From contig CAYYGV010000007.1 in assembly GCA_964471615.1 (NCBI GenBank), forward strand, positions 33,473-57,472: DNA of 24,000 nt. Reading direction: 5' to 3'. The notes beneath the pieces were generated by a model. The model saw only the letters and a list, made by a program, of their open reading frames with translations. It made no database searches and had not been told where the DNA came from. This document shows, in pieces, positions 7,046-15,700 of the stretch. How positions within the stretch are numbered: position 1 is the stretch's first letter; every line of letters starts with the position of its first letter. The position numbers were made by a program, and so were the translations under genes. Source of the DNA: an uncultured Opitutaceae bacterium. Its GTDB lineage: Bacteria; Verrucomicrobiota; Verrucomicrobiia; Opitutales; Opitutaceae.

Positions 7046-7054
7046 CAAACGACG

Positions 7055-7606
7055 ATGGAAGCCGTCCATTTCCAAAGTCTGGTCGATCAGTGGTATGACC
7101 CGCTCTACCGCTTCGCGCTGAGCCTTTCCCGGAACGGAGACAGTGCGCTCGACCTCACACAGCAGACGTTCGCCCGGTGGGCGGAAAAGGGCAGCGGCTT
7201 GCGGGACGCCTCTAAGGCGAAGTCCTGGCTTTTTACCGTCCTCTACCGGGAGTTTCTCAATACACAGCGCCGGCAACGCCGCGAGGGGCCGCCAGACTCA
7301 GAGGACTTCTTTGAGTCCGTCCCGGCGGAGGAAACCAGCTCGTCGCGGTCCGTCGATGGGCACCAGGCGATGGCCGCATTGCAGGAGATCGATGAGGTGT
7401 TCCGCGCTCCGTTGATCCTCTTTTACCTCGAAAACCATTCCTACAGGGAGATCGCTGAGATTCTCGACGTTCCCGTCGGGACCGTGATGTCCCGCATCTC
7501 GCGTGGCAAGGAACAGCTGCGCCGCAAACTGCGTGATGGCACTGCCGGCAAACCCGGCAAAATCGTTCCAATGACTCCTCCCACGAAAGGAGCGCACCAT
7601 GGATAA
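7055..7606 (+). CDS. ECF (sigma-70 family, group 4) RNA polymerase sigma factor, copy 2
   Basis: 183 aa. Region 2 reads YDPLYRFALSLSRNGDSALDLTQQTFARW...KSWLFTVLYREFLN. Region 4 reads FRAPLILFYLENHSYREIAEILDVPVGTVMSRISRGKEQLRRKL. Confidence 0.9.
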   Translation: MEAVHFQSLVDQWYDPLYRFALSLSRNGDSALDLTQQTFARWAEKGSGLRDASKAKSWLFTVLYREFLNTQRRQRREGPPDSEDFFESVPAEETSSSRSVDGHQAMAALQEIDEVFRAPLILFYLENHSYREIAEILDVPVGTVMSRISRGKEQLRRKLRDGTAGKPGKIVPMTPPTKGAHHG

Positions 7607-8351
7607 CAAACACGCCAAAATTGTCCTGAGCGTCTATCGGCCCCACGGCCAGGATGCCAATGATCCCGATTTCGCCGAAGCTTTGAAGCAGGTCGAGCGC
7701 GACCCGTCGATGGCCACATGGTTCCGGGAGCAGCAGCAATTCGATTCCGACTTCGCCGCGGCCCTGAATTCGGTCGCAGGGCCTGCGGAGGCCAAGACTA
7801 TGATCAAGGCGACAATGGGGGCGTCAGCCGGGTCGCGCCGCCGGTGGTGGCCGCTCGCGCTCGTCGCCAGCCTGGCCCTGGTATTCGCGACCTCGTGGGT
7901 ATTGTTGCGAAACCGTCCCGCTGGACTGCCGCTGCCGGAAAACGCCACGCTCGCCCAGCTCGCGACGAACCTCTCTGAGCATCATGCCTCCATCGGATTC
8001 ATGTCCGGTGATCTAGGCCGCATTCGGCAATGGCTCCTTGAACGGCGCGGTCCGGCGCCGGATGACCTGCCGGCGAAGCTGGCGGGCATGAAGATACTGG
8101 GCTGCGAAACCTGGAAGACAACCCGCGGCAAAGTCTCGCTCATTTGCTTTGTCAACGACGGCATGCAGATGGCGCACCTCTACATCTTCGAAAACGCCGC
8201 CGACTTCCCCGGCTTGCCGCCGCGCGCCGAACCGCGGCTGGCCCGCGAGGGCAATTGGTCCTTGGCGCTCTGGCAGGACGACGGCCACGCCTACGTGCTG
8301 GGTTCCCCGACAAATAGCGGCATCTCCGTCGAATCGCTCGTCCGCTCGTAA
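7599..8351 (+). CDS. Putative anti-sigma factor (single-pass membrane protein with an extracytoplasmic domain)
   Basis: 250 aa. The start overlaps the end of the sigma gene by 8 nt and is preceded by AAGGAG. The N-terminal region is MDNKHAKIVLSVYRPHGQDANDPDFAEALKQVERDPSMATWFREQQQFD. One TM helix (WWPLALVASLALVFATSWVLL) is followed by a C-terminal domain of about 140 aa. Confidence 0.75.
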   Translation: MDNKHAKIVLSVYRPHGQDANDPDFAEALKQVERDPSMATWFREQQQFDSDFAAALNSVAGPAEAKTMIKATMGASAGSRRRWWPLALVASLALVFATSWVLLRNRPAGLPLPENATLAQLATNLSEHHASIGFMSGDLGRIRQWLLERRGPAPDDLPAKLAGMKILGCETWKTTRGKVSLICFVNDGMQMAHLYIFENAADFPGLPPRAEPRLAREGNWSLALWQDDGHAYVLGSPTNSGISVESLVRS

Positions 8352-8371
8352 TTCAAAATCTCATTCCGATC

Positions 8372-9526
8372 ATGATCGCTGAAACCGCTGTTCGCGAACG
8401 TTACAGTGGCGCCGCCCGTCAGGCGGAAGCCGCCCTGTGCTGTCCCGTCAACTATGACCCCAAATACCTGAAGGTCATCCCCGCCGAAGTAATCGAGCGT
8501 GACTACGGTTGCGGCGACCCTTCCCGCTGGGTGCGGGAAGGAGACACCGTGCTCGATCTCGGATCAGGCACGGGCAAAATCTGCTTTATCGCCGCCCAAG
8601 TCGTCGGTTCCAAGGGCCGCGTGATCGGCGTGGACATGACCGACGACATGCTTGAGGTCGCGCGGCGCAACGCACCAATCGTGGCTGAGCGCATCGGCTA
8701 CGCCAACGTCGAGTTTCGCAAGGGTCGCATCCAGGACATGGGCCTCGACCTAGCCCTGTTTGACCGGCACCTCCGTGAATGCCCGCTCGCCGGCGCCGAA
8801 GGCTGGTTGGAGGCGGAGCGCCTAGCGGATGATCTCCGGCGAAATCATCCCCTCGTGGCCGACCAGAGCGTGGACGTGGTCGTCTCCAACTGCGTGCTCA
8901 ACCTGGTGGACTCCGCGACCAAGCCGCGCTTGTTTCAGGAAATCCACCGCGTGCTCCGGCTCGGCGGCCGGGCGGTCATCTCCGACATCGTAAGCGACGA
9001 GGTGGTGCCCGAGCGGCTGCAGCGCGATCCCGAACTATGGAGCGGCTGCATTTCGGGGGCGCTGACGGAAATAGGATTCATCGAGGCGTTCGAGCGCGCC
9101 GGCTTCTACGGCATCGAGGTCGTCAAGCGCGACGAACAGCCGTGGCGCACGGTGGAAGGCATCGAATTCCGGTCTGTCACGATCCGCGCCTACAAGGGCA
9201 AGGAGGGGCCGTGCTTCGAACGCAATCAGGCGGTGATCTACAAAGGGCCGTTCAAAGAAGTCCTCGACGATGATGGCCACCGTTTGAAGCGCGGGGTGCG
9301 TCACGCGGTATGCGACAAAACCTTTCAGCTCTATCGAAAGGAACCGTATCGCGGGCATTTCGATTTCGTCGAGCCCCACACGGCGATTCCTCCGGAGAAC
9401 GCGCAGGCGTTCGATTGTCGGCGCGCGGCGCCACGGCATCCCCGCGAAACCAAGGGGCAGGACTACAAGATAACCACTGATGCGTCCGTGTGCTGCGATG
9501 GCGGCAACGGTGGCGCCTGCTGCTGA
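8372..9526 (+). CDS. arsM: Arsenite S-adenosylmethionine methyltransferase (ArsM-like)
   Basis: 384 aa. The SAM motif I is VLDLGSGTGKICF. Conserved cysteine contexts of ArsM-type enzymes are present: ALCCPVNYD, DYGCGDP, VVSNCVLNLV, WSGCISGA. It also has RVLRLGGRAVISDI and ends in a cysteine cluster, SVCCDGGNGGACC. It starts 20 nt after the anti-sigma stop. Confidence 0.85.
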   Translation: MIAETAVRERYSGAARQAEAALCCPVNYDPKYLKVIPAEVIERDYGCGDPSRWVREGDTVLDLGSGTGKICFIAAQVVGSKGRVIGVDMTDDMLEVARRNAPIVAERIGYANVEFRKGRIQDMGLDLALFDRHLRECPLAGAEGWLEAERLADDLRRNHPLVADQSVDVVVSNCVLNLVDSATKPRLFQEIHRVLRLGGRAVISDIVSDEVVPERLQRDPELWSGCISGALTEIGFIEAFERAGFYGIEVVKRDEQPWRTVEGIEFRSVTIRAYKGKEGPCFERNQAVIYKGPFKEVLDDDGHRLKRGVRHAVCDKTFQLYRKEPYRGHFDFVEPHTAIPPENAQAFDCRRAAPRHPRETKGQDYKITTDASVCCDGGNGGACC

Positions 9527-10629
9527 TGATCGCGATCCTCGTCATCGTCGCGACGCTGGCCGTCGGATACTTCAACGGCGCCAACGACGTCTCCAAGGCC
9601 ATCGCCACCCTCGTCGGGAGCGGGGTGACCCAGTATCGCACGGCGGTGCTGTGGGGTAGCATCTGGACATTCGCCGGCGCCGCCACCGCGGCCGTCGCGG
9701 CACAAGGCCTCGTCGCGGCGTTCAGCGGCAAAGGCCTTTTGGCGACGACCCCGGAAGGATTCGGTTTGATTCTGGCGGTTGCCGTTGGCGCGCTCGCATG
9801 GATATGGCTGGCCACCCGAACCGGGATGCCCGTTTCGACGACCCATGCCATTACCGGCGGTTTGATCGGAGCGGGGCTGGTCGCCGCTGGTGCCGGAGGT
9901 ATTCACTGGCATTTCCTGCTCGAAAAGTTCGCGCTTCCCCTGGCGGCGAGCCCGTTCATGTCGCTGCTGCTGGTGTTTGCCATATTCCCGGTGGCCCGGT
10001 GGGGACTCCGGCGCTGGGACGGTTACTGCGTTTGCGTCCAGCAGCCCGCCCCGGTCGTATGCGGCGAGGGCACGGCGGTTGCGATGAGCACGACGGAGAG
10101 TATCGTCGTGGACAAAACCGCAGCCTGCGAGCGGTCGCCCGTGACGGTAGCCGGTGTTACCGTGGTCGATGGGCTGCACTGGTTCAGCGCCGGAGCCACG
10201 GCGTTCGCCCGGGGACTGAATGATGCGCCCAAGGTGCTTGGCTTGGGTGTGCTCGCGGGCGCGAGCCTGAGCCTGCCGCTCACATGGTCGTTCCTACTGG
10301 TGGCGTTGGTGATGGCCGCTGGCAGCGTGCTGCGCGGCCTCAGAGTAACCGAGACGCTGGCAGAGAAGGTGACGCCGATGAGTCCGATGGAGGGATTTGT
10401 CGCCAACTTGGTGACGTCCATCCTGGTGATATTTGCTTCCCGGATGGCCCTGCCGGTCTCGACCACCCATGTGAGCAGCGGTGCCATCATCGGTCTCGGA
10501 CTGAGGCGGGATGCCCGTCAGGTTCGCTGGCGCACCGTCGCCGAGATGATTCTGGCCTGGATAGTCACCCTGCCCGGCGCCGGGGCGATTGCGGCTGCCA
10601 CCTATTTCCTGATCGGAGGCCGGGTATGA
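9526..10629 (+). CDS. PiT-family (PHO4) inorganic anion transporter, putative phosphate/arsenate permease
   Basis: The ATG at 9526 shares one base with the arsM stop (TGATG) and gives MIAILVIVATLAVGYFNGANDVSKAIATLVGSG. The two PiT half-repeats are GANDVSKA and GLNDAPKV, and VSTTH occurs twice. A Cys-containing central loop reads CVCVQQPAPVVCGEG...AACE. 367 aa. Confidence 0.8.
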   Translation: MIAILVIVATLAVGYFNGANDVSKAIATLVGSGVTQYRTAVLWGSIWTFAGAATAAVAAQGLVAAFSGKGLLATTPEGFGLILAVAVGALAWIWLATRTGMPVSTTHAITGGLIGAGLVAAGAGGIHWHFLLEKFALPLAASPFMSLLLVFAIFPVARWGLRRWDGYCVCVQQPAPVVCGEGTAVAMSTTESIVVDKTAACERSPVTVAGVTVVDGLHWFSAGATAFARGLNDAPKVLGLGVLAGASLSLPLTWSFLLVALVMAAGSVLRGLRVTETLAEKVTPMSPMEGFVANLVTSILVIFASRMALPVSTTHVSSGAIIGLGLRRDARQVRWRTVAEMILAWIVTLPGAGAIAAATYFLIGGRV

Positions 10630-11606
10630 ACGATTTCATTGCCACCCTGCACCGCCACAATCTCGCATTGCGCCGCGTGCATCCTCGCGTGCTGCAAATC
10701 AACGTGGGGAAGCTCTGCAACCTGACATGCATGCACTGCCATGTGAACGCCGGTCCCGGCCGTAAGGAAGTCATGGCACGGGAAACGGTGGACCGCATCC
10801 TCTCTTGGGAGGAAAAGGCGCGTTTGCCGGTCATCGATCTGACCGGCGGGGCGCCGGAAATGATTCCGGACTTTCGCTATCTCGTGCAGCAGCTGCGCGC
10901 GTTGCCCGCGGTCGAAAAGATCATCGATCGCTGCAATCTCACCATCCTGCTCCAGCCCGGCTACGGGGATCTGGTGGAGTTTCTGGCGAAGCACCGGGTC
11001 GAGATCGTCGCGTCGATGCCGTGCTACTCGCCGGAAAACGTGAATGCGCAGCGGGGCGAAGGCGTTTTCGACGCCAGCATCGAAGCCTTGCGGCAGCTCA
11101 ACGCCATCGGCTACGGCATCAATCCCGACCTGCCGCTGCACCTCGTCTTCAATCCCAACGGGGCCAAGCTCCCGGGGCTGCAGGAGGAACTCGAAGCGGA
11201 CTACAAGCGGGAGCTGCATTCGCATTTTGGCATCGTCTTTAATCGACTCTATACCATCACCAACCTGCCCGTCGCCCGCTTCGCCTCCTGGCTGCGACAC
11301 AACGGCAAATACGAGGAGTATCTCGCGTTGCTGACTCGGTCCTTCAACCCGGCGACCGTCGATGGCCTAATGTGCCGTGAGACAATTAACGTAAGCTGGC
11401 AGGGCGAGGTATTTGACTGCGACTTCAATCAGATGATGAAGATGCCGATGGCCGGAACCCAGGGGCGTTATCTCTGGGATCTCGATCCTTCGGCCCTTGA
11501 AGGCGCACCCATTGCCACGGCCGCGCATTGCTTCGGTTGCACCGCCGGCGCCGGCTCCAGTTGCGGCGGCGCCATCGAGAAGGTCGCCGAACCTGTGTCG
11601 GCCTGA
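10626..11606 (+). CDS. arsS: Radical SAM / Cys-rich-domain protein, ArsS-like (arsenosugar biosynthesis)
   Basis: The ATG at 10626 overlaps the PiT stop (ATGA); 326 aa. The radical SAM cluster motif is GKLCNLTCMHCHV. The C-terminal Cys-rich tail is CRETINVSWQGEVFDCDFN...AAHCFGCTAGAGSSCGG, as I remember for the TIGR04167/ArsS family. The tail codon is Cys (TGC), not an in-frame TGA. Confidence 0.85.
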   Translation: MNDFIATLHRHNLALRRVHPRVLQINVGKLCNLTCMHCHVNAGPGRKEVMARETVDRILSWEEKARLPVIDLTGGAPEMIPDFRYLVQQLRALPAVEKIIDRCNLTILLQPGYGDLVEFLAKHRVEIVASMPCYSPENVNAQRGEGVFDASIEALRQLNAIGYGINPDLPLHLVFNPNGAKLPGLQEELEADYKRELHSHFGIVFNRLYTITNLPVARFASWLRHNGKYEEYLALLTRSFNPATVDGLMCRETINVSWQGEVFDCDFNQMMKMPMAGTQGRYLWDLDPSALEGAPIATAAHCFGCTAGAGSSCGGAIEKVAEPVSA

Positions 11607-11626
11607 AACCGGACGCATCCAAACTC

Positions 11627-12433
11627 ATGACAATTCTGCGAAAGGTTCTGACCGCCATTTGTTTTCTCGCCGTCGAGGTGATGGCTTCCGCCGCCACGGT
11701 CGACGTTCCGGCCGGGATTGATCCGGCGCCGTGGGACGCCCTGCTGAAGAAATACGTGAACGACCGGGGACTCGTCGCCTACCAGGCATGGAAAGCGGAC
11801 GCCGCCGACCTGAGAAAGCTCGATGACTTCATCGCGGCCTACGCCAGAGCCGGCGGCGCGCCGGCGGCCGGCGCCGAGCAGATTGCGGCGCTGATCAACG
11901 CCTACAACGCGTTCACGATCCGCTGGATTCTCCAGAACTATCCGACGGAGAGCATTCGTGAGCTGGACGATTCGTGGACCAAGGCGCGTTGGACGATTGG
12001 CGGTCGCGTCGTCTCGCTCGATGAAATCGAGAACAAGAACCTGCGCCCTCTTTATAGCTGGAAGGTTCATGCGACGATCGTTTGCGCGGCCCGAAGCTGC
12101 CCGCCCTTGCAGGCGGAGGCCTACACCGCCGCCAATCTGGAGGCGCTGACGGAGCGCGCCTATCGCGCTTGGCTCGCCCGCAACGATCTCAACCAGTTCG
12201 ATGAGGCGGCCGGGGTCGCGCGCGTTTCGCCCATCTTCAAATGGTTCAAATCCGATTTTACGGGCGACGGCGAACTGGCGGCCGTGCTGGAAAGACTCGC
12301 CCCGACCCGGGACCGCGTGTTCCTGGTGGGTCGAAACTACAAGGTCGACTACCTCGACTACCGCTGGGGCCTCAATGACCAGAGCGGTCGGGGAACGGAC
12401 TACAGCCCCAGCCTCTTCAAACGTCTGTTTTGA
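11627..12433 (+). CDS. DUF547 domain protein with signal peptide
   Basis: The internal ATG at 11627 gives MTILRKVLTAICFLAVEVMASAA; 268 aa. DUF547 hallmarks are AALINAYNAFTI, VSLDEIEN..LR, HATIVCAARSCPPL and SPIFKWFKSDF. Confidence 0.8.
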   Translation: MTILRKVLTAICFLAVEVMASAATVDVPAGIDPAPWDALLKKYVNDRGLVAYQAWKADAADLRKLDDFIAAYARAGGAPAAGAEQIAALINAYNAFTIRWILQNYPTESIRELDDSWTKARWTIGGRVVSLDEIENKNLRPLYSWKVHATIVCAARSCPPLQAEAYTAANLEALTERAYRAWLARNDLNQFDEAAGVARVSPIFKWFKSDFTGDGELAAVLERLAPTRDRVFLVGRNYKVDYLDYRWGLNDQSGRGTDYSPSLFKRLF

Positions 12434-12453
12434 GTGCCGAGGAAGTGGTATCC

Positions 12454-13092
12454 ATGACGACGCTGGTAATGGTCTTTCTCAAGGCACCCCGTCCGGGCAC
12501 GGTGAAGACGCGGCTGGGGCGGGACATTGGGCATCCGCGAGCGACGGCCATGTATCGGGCGCTTGCCGAGCAACAGCTGGACCGGATCCCCGCAGAGTTC
12601 CGCACCGAAATCCACTATGCACCGCGCGGTGCTCGCATGGAAATGCGCCAATGGCTCGGCCGTCGGCATCTCTTTCGAGCGCAGAACGGCCGCGATCTCG
12701 GGGAGCGAATGAGCCGGGCCTTTGTCCAGGGATTCCTTCGCGGTTTCAAGCGGATCATCGCCATCGGGTCGGATTGCCCCGAACTCGATCAAGATTGCTT
12801 GCGTCGGGCGGACGCGGAACTTCGTCGCGCCGATGTGGTGCTAGGTCCGGCGACCGACGGGGGATACTACCTAATCGGGTTGCGCCGGCCCCAACCAGCC
12901 TTGTTCAAGGACATTGCGTGGAGCACAGAAACAGTGCTGGCGGAAACCCTGGTCCGTATCCGGGGAAACGAGCTCACTCATCGGCTGCTCGAAGAGAAGG
13001 AGGACATCGACGATCTGGCCGGTTGGCAGCGGCATCAGGCAAAGAACTCGGCGCGGCTTGCCCCAGCCGTGACTTCCGTCGTCCCCGTTTGA
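12454..13092 (+). CDS. DUF2064 / TIGR04282-like transferase (the family NCBI names as an arsenosugar-biosynthesis glycosyltransferase)
   Basis: The ATG at 12454 is preceded by GAGGAAG; 212 aa. Family hallmarks are LVMVFLKAPRPGTVKTRL, IIAIGSDCPELD, DVVLGPATDGGYYLIGLRRP and LFKDIAWSTETVLAETL. The family name is recalled from memory. Confidence 0.75.
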   Translation: MTTLVMVFLKAPRPGTVKTRLGRDIGHPRATAMYRALAEQQLDRIPAEFRTEIHYAPRGARMEMRQWLGRRHLFRAQNGRDLGERMSRAFVQGFLRGFKRIIAIGSDCPELDQDCLRRADAELRRADVVLGPATDGGYYLIGLRRPQPALFKDIAWSTETVLAETLVRIRGNELTHRLLEEKEDIDDLAGWQRHQAKNSARLAPAVTSVVPV

Positions 13093-13096
13093 AATC

Positions 13097-13573
13097 ATGG
13101 ATGCCGCCACTGCGATGCGACGCTCCCAAAGTGATCGCGCCTCATTGCCCGTTGTGGGTTATCTGGCGTCGCTGGACGCCCGCAGGACCGTTCTGTGGAG
13201 CGCATTTCTCTGGTATCTGGCCATGGCGGTCCGCTACGGCGAATTCGAGCCGTCCGTCTGGCAGCACTCCATTGGAATCGCGGTGGTTGTGGGTGTGATT
13301 CTGACTCTCAATGCCGCTCCGCCCCAGGGGCGCGTCCGTGACCTCGGGTTCTGGCCGGTGCTGCGCTTCTTTCTCATTCCCTTTTGCGTCGCGAGTTTCT
13401 CCGCCTTTGCCCGAGGACGCGCCTTCGTGCTCATTTTTCCAGCCAAGGCGGCGGAGAACGTTGTCGCGGGCGGCCTGATCGCATTGTTCTGCCTGCTGGT
13501 CTGGCTGGCGAAGCGCGGCCGGGCAGGCCGCGCTCCCTTACCAACCTCCACCGCGAATCCCGGCTCCCCATGA
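13097..13573 (+). CDS. Hypothetical integral membrane protein (about 4 TM)
   Basis: 158 aa. It starts 4 nt after the upstream stop. Hydrophobic helices are VLWSAFLWYLAMAV, IGIAVVVGVILTL, FWPVLRFFLIPFCVASFSAF and VVAGGLIALFCLLVWL. I recognise no family. Confidence 0.55.
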   Translation: MDAATAMRRSQSDRASLPVVGYLASLDARRTVLWSAFLWYLAMAVRYGEFEPSVWQHSIGIAVVVGVILTLNAAPPQGRVRDLGFWPVLRFFLIPFCVASFSAFARGRAFVLIFPAKAAENVVAGGLIALFCLLVWLAKRGRAGRAPLPTSTANPGSP

Positions 13574-14157
13574 AATCGCTGCTCAATCGCCTTCGCCGTC
13601 CCGGCCGCTCTTCCGCCGGCGTCTTCTTGCTCTTTATCGGCGCCTGGCTCGCGGTCGCGGCCCGCGCCGAGACGCCCAAAGTCGGCGAACTCGCGCCGAA
13701 CTTCACGCTGCGCACGCTCGACGATCAGTCCATCGAGTTGGCCCAGCTCGCCGCGGAGCACCCGGTTTTGCTGATCGTGCTGCGCGGTTGGCCGGGTTAC
13801 CAGTGCCCGATTTGCGCGCGGCAGGTGCATGATTTCGTAAGCCACGCAGCGGAATTCGTGAAACGGGATGTGCAGATTCTCATGGTTTATCCCGGTCCGG
13901 CCGAACAATTGAAAACCCATGCGCGCGAGTTTCTGGAGGACAAGCAGTGGCCGCGGAAATTCTTCTTCGTGATCGATCCTGATTTCGCCTTCACGAACGC
14001 TTACGGCCTGCGTTGGTCGGCACCCAGGGAAACGGCTTCCCCGTCGACCTTCCTGATCAACCAGGAGAGGCGGGTCCAGTTCGCCCACGTCAGCGAATCG
14101 CATGGCGATCGCGTCGGCGCGACCGCGGCGCTGGCCGCGATTGACGCGACGCGTTGA
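13570..14157 (+). CDS. Exported thioredoxin-fold protein, AhpC/TSA (peroxiredoxin-like) family with a CxxC motif
   Basis: The ATG at 13570 overlaps the upstream stop (ATGA); 195 aa. The signal/anchor segment is SSAGVFLLFIGAWLAVAARA. It then reads GELAPNFTLRTLDDQSIELAQL..HPVLLIVLRGWPGYQCPICARQV and STFLINQERRVQFAHV. Confidence 0.7.
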   Translation: MKSLLNRLRRPGRSSAGVFLLFIGAWLAVAARAETPKVGELAPNFTLRTLDDQSIELAQLAAEHPVLLIVLRGWPGYQCPICARQVHDFVSHAAEFVKRDVQILMVYPGPAEQLKTHAREFLEDKQWPRKFFFVIDPDFAFTNAYGLRWSAPRETASPSTFLINQERRVQFAHVSESHGDRVGATAALAAIDATR

Positions 14158-14190
14158 AGGTGGCGTGTGCCGTTTCGATATTGTCGGGGT

Positions 14191-15648
14191 TCAGGCCTGA
14201 ACCACCGCAACCCCCGCGCTGTCGATGGCCGGCAGTCGAAACTGAAAGCACGCTCCTTCGCCGGTCGCGGAGGCCAGGATCTCCAATGAGCCGCCGTGGG
14301 CTTCGACAAAGCGCTTGCACAGGGAGAGTCCGAGGCCGGTGCCGTCGGACTTGGTGGTGACAAAGGAATCGAAGATTCGCTCGCGCAGTTCAGCGGGGAC
14401 GCCGGGTCCGTTGTCCCGCACCGATACGGCCACCCAGATTCCGTCGGTGAAGGCGCGCACCGAAATGCGCCGCGCTCCCGGCTGGGACGCGAGCGCCTGG
14501 GCCGCATTGCGCACGAGATTGATGAACACCTGCTCGATCTGTTGGGCGTCCATCATGACTTGCGGGAGTTCCGTCGAAATGGATGCCTCGAAAACAACCC
14601 CGGCTTGCCGCAGTTCGGCGGCGATGAGTTCCTCCGCTTTTCGCAACACTTCGGCCAGCGATCCCGGCACACGCTGCACAGGATGATTGCGGGCAAAGTC
14701 GAGGAGGTTGCGCACGATCGAGGCTACGCGCCTGGTTTGCTGGGAGATGATGGCACCGGCCTTTTTCGTATCGTTGGCGTGGCCCTGCGCCAGAAGTTCC
14801 GAGTAGCCGCTGATCGCGGCGAGCGGGTTGTTGATCTCATGGGCGATGCCGGCCATCAGTTCGCCCAGCAGGTGCATCTTTTCCCCCTGCAAGAGCCGCT
14901 CATGGGCGGTCTGCAATTCCTCCAGCGCACGGCGCAGTTCCGCGGTGCGCTCTCGCACCCGGATCTCCAGCATGGCGTTCTTTTCGGCCAGCTCGGCCTC
15001 AAAGCGCGCACCCAGGGAGCGGGCGAGTCCTACGCCGATCACGGAGATCAGCAGCAATGTGGGGATCGCGGTGCCGAAGAGCTTCCAGCGCAGGGCGGCG
15101 AACTCCCGGGCGATGGCCGCGGTATTCTTGTGGACGGCGATGGTCCAGGGTTCCCGCTCCACCGGCTGATAATAGACCAGCTGCGGCGGCTCGTCGGCCT
15201 CGTGTTGCGTGCCCGCCGCCGGACGGCCGCTGAGCAGCACGCTCGAGATGGGCCGCGATTGATCCGAACCGAGGGGCGTCATGTCCATCTCGCCCCAGCG
15301 CATGCCGATCATGGCGGGGTCGGGATGACTGAGCACCCGGCCGTCCTTGTCGAGCAGGCAGAGGAAATCCGCCTGCGAGCCGGAGCCGCGGAGGACGTTT
15401 TGGACGCGACCGATGGTCTGATTCGGGGTGGCCCCCTCGGAGAGGTCGCGGTCCACGAACCGCGCAATAATCGCGGCCTCGCGCCCGGCGGCCTGCACTT
15501 GATTCGCCAGCAACTGCCGTTCAACCCGCTGCAGCACAATGAAGCTGCCGGTCAGTCCGACGGCAAGGACGGCCAGCGACACCAGCAGCAGCGTAACCGC
15601 GAAGCGACGAACCGCCCCTCTTCGCACGATCTGGAATTTCAGGGGCAT
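14191..15648 (-). CDS. Sensor histidine kinase with a periplasmic Cache-like domain (no response regulator in the window)
   Basis: The start is placed at ATG 15648 (MPLKFQIVRRGAVRRFAVTLLLVSLAVLAVGL...); 485 aa. The H-box is HEINNPLAAISGYSELL, the N-box FINLVRNAAQAL, G1 VRDNGPGVP and G2 GTGLGLSL. The loop between the two TM helices contains DFLCLLDKDGRVLSHPDPAMIG...YYQPVEREPWTIAVH. The longer track ORF (to 15774) would swallow motif P6. Confidence 0.85.
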   Translation of the reverse strand: MPLKFQIVRRGAVRRFAVTLLLVSLAVLAVGLTGSFIVLQRVERQLLANQVQAAGREAAIIARFVDRDLSEGATPNQTIGRVQNVLRGSGSQADFLCLLDKDGRVLSHPDPAMIGMRWGEMDMTPLGSDQSRPISSVLLSGRPAAGTQHEADEPPQLVYYQPVEREPWTIAVHKNTAAIAREFAALRWKLFGTAIPTLLLISVIGVGLARSLGARFEAELAEKNAMLEIRVRERTAELRRALEELQTAHERLLQGEKMHLLGELMAGIAHEINNPLAAISGYSELLAQGHANDTKKAGAIISQQTRRVASIVRNLLDFARNHPVQRVPGSLAEVLRKAEELIAAELRQAGVVFEASISTELPQVMMDAQQIEQVFINLVRNAAQALASQPGARRISVRAFTDGIWVAVSVRDNGPGVPAELRERIFDSFVTTKSDGTGLGLSLCKRFVEAHGGSLEILASATGEGACFQFRLPAIDSAGVAVVQA

Positions 15649-15700
15649 GGCTTCGGGTGGAACGATTTCCCGCCACAGGGGTTCACGGGCACAAAGGTGG

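Noticed and set aside
11520-11606. Possible selenocysteine in the ArsS C-terminal Cys-rich tail. The family is described as a '(seleno)protein' in some genomes.
   Set aside because: The tail reads HCFGCTAGAGSSCGG with an ordinary TGC codon. There is no in-frame TGA before the stop at 11604-11606, and I did not look for a SECIS-like hairpin. This is the Cys version.
14188-14203. Perfect 16-nt palindrome GGTTCAGGCCTGAACC between the convergent peroxiredoxin-like and kinase genes, considered as a possible bidirectional terminator.
   Set aside because: The stem is short (6 bp with a 4-nt loop), there is no U-tract on either strand, and it overlaps the kinase stop codon. This is not enough for a terminator call.
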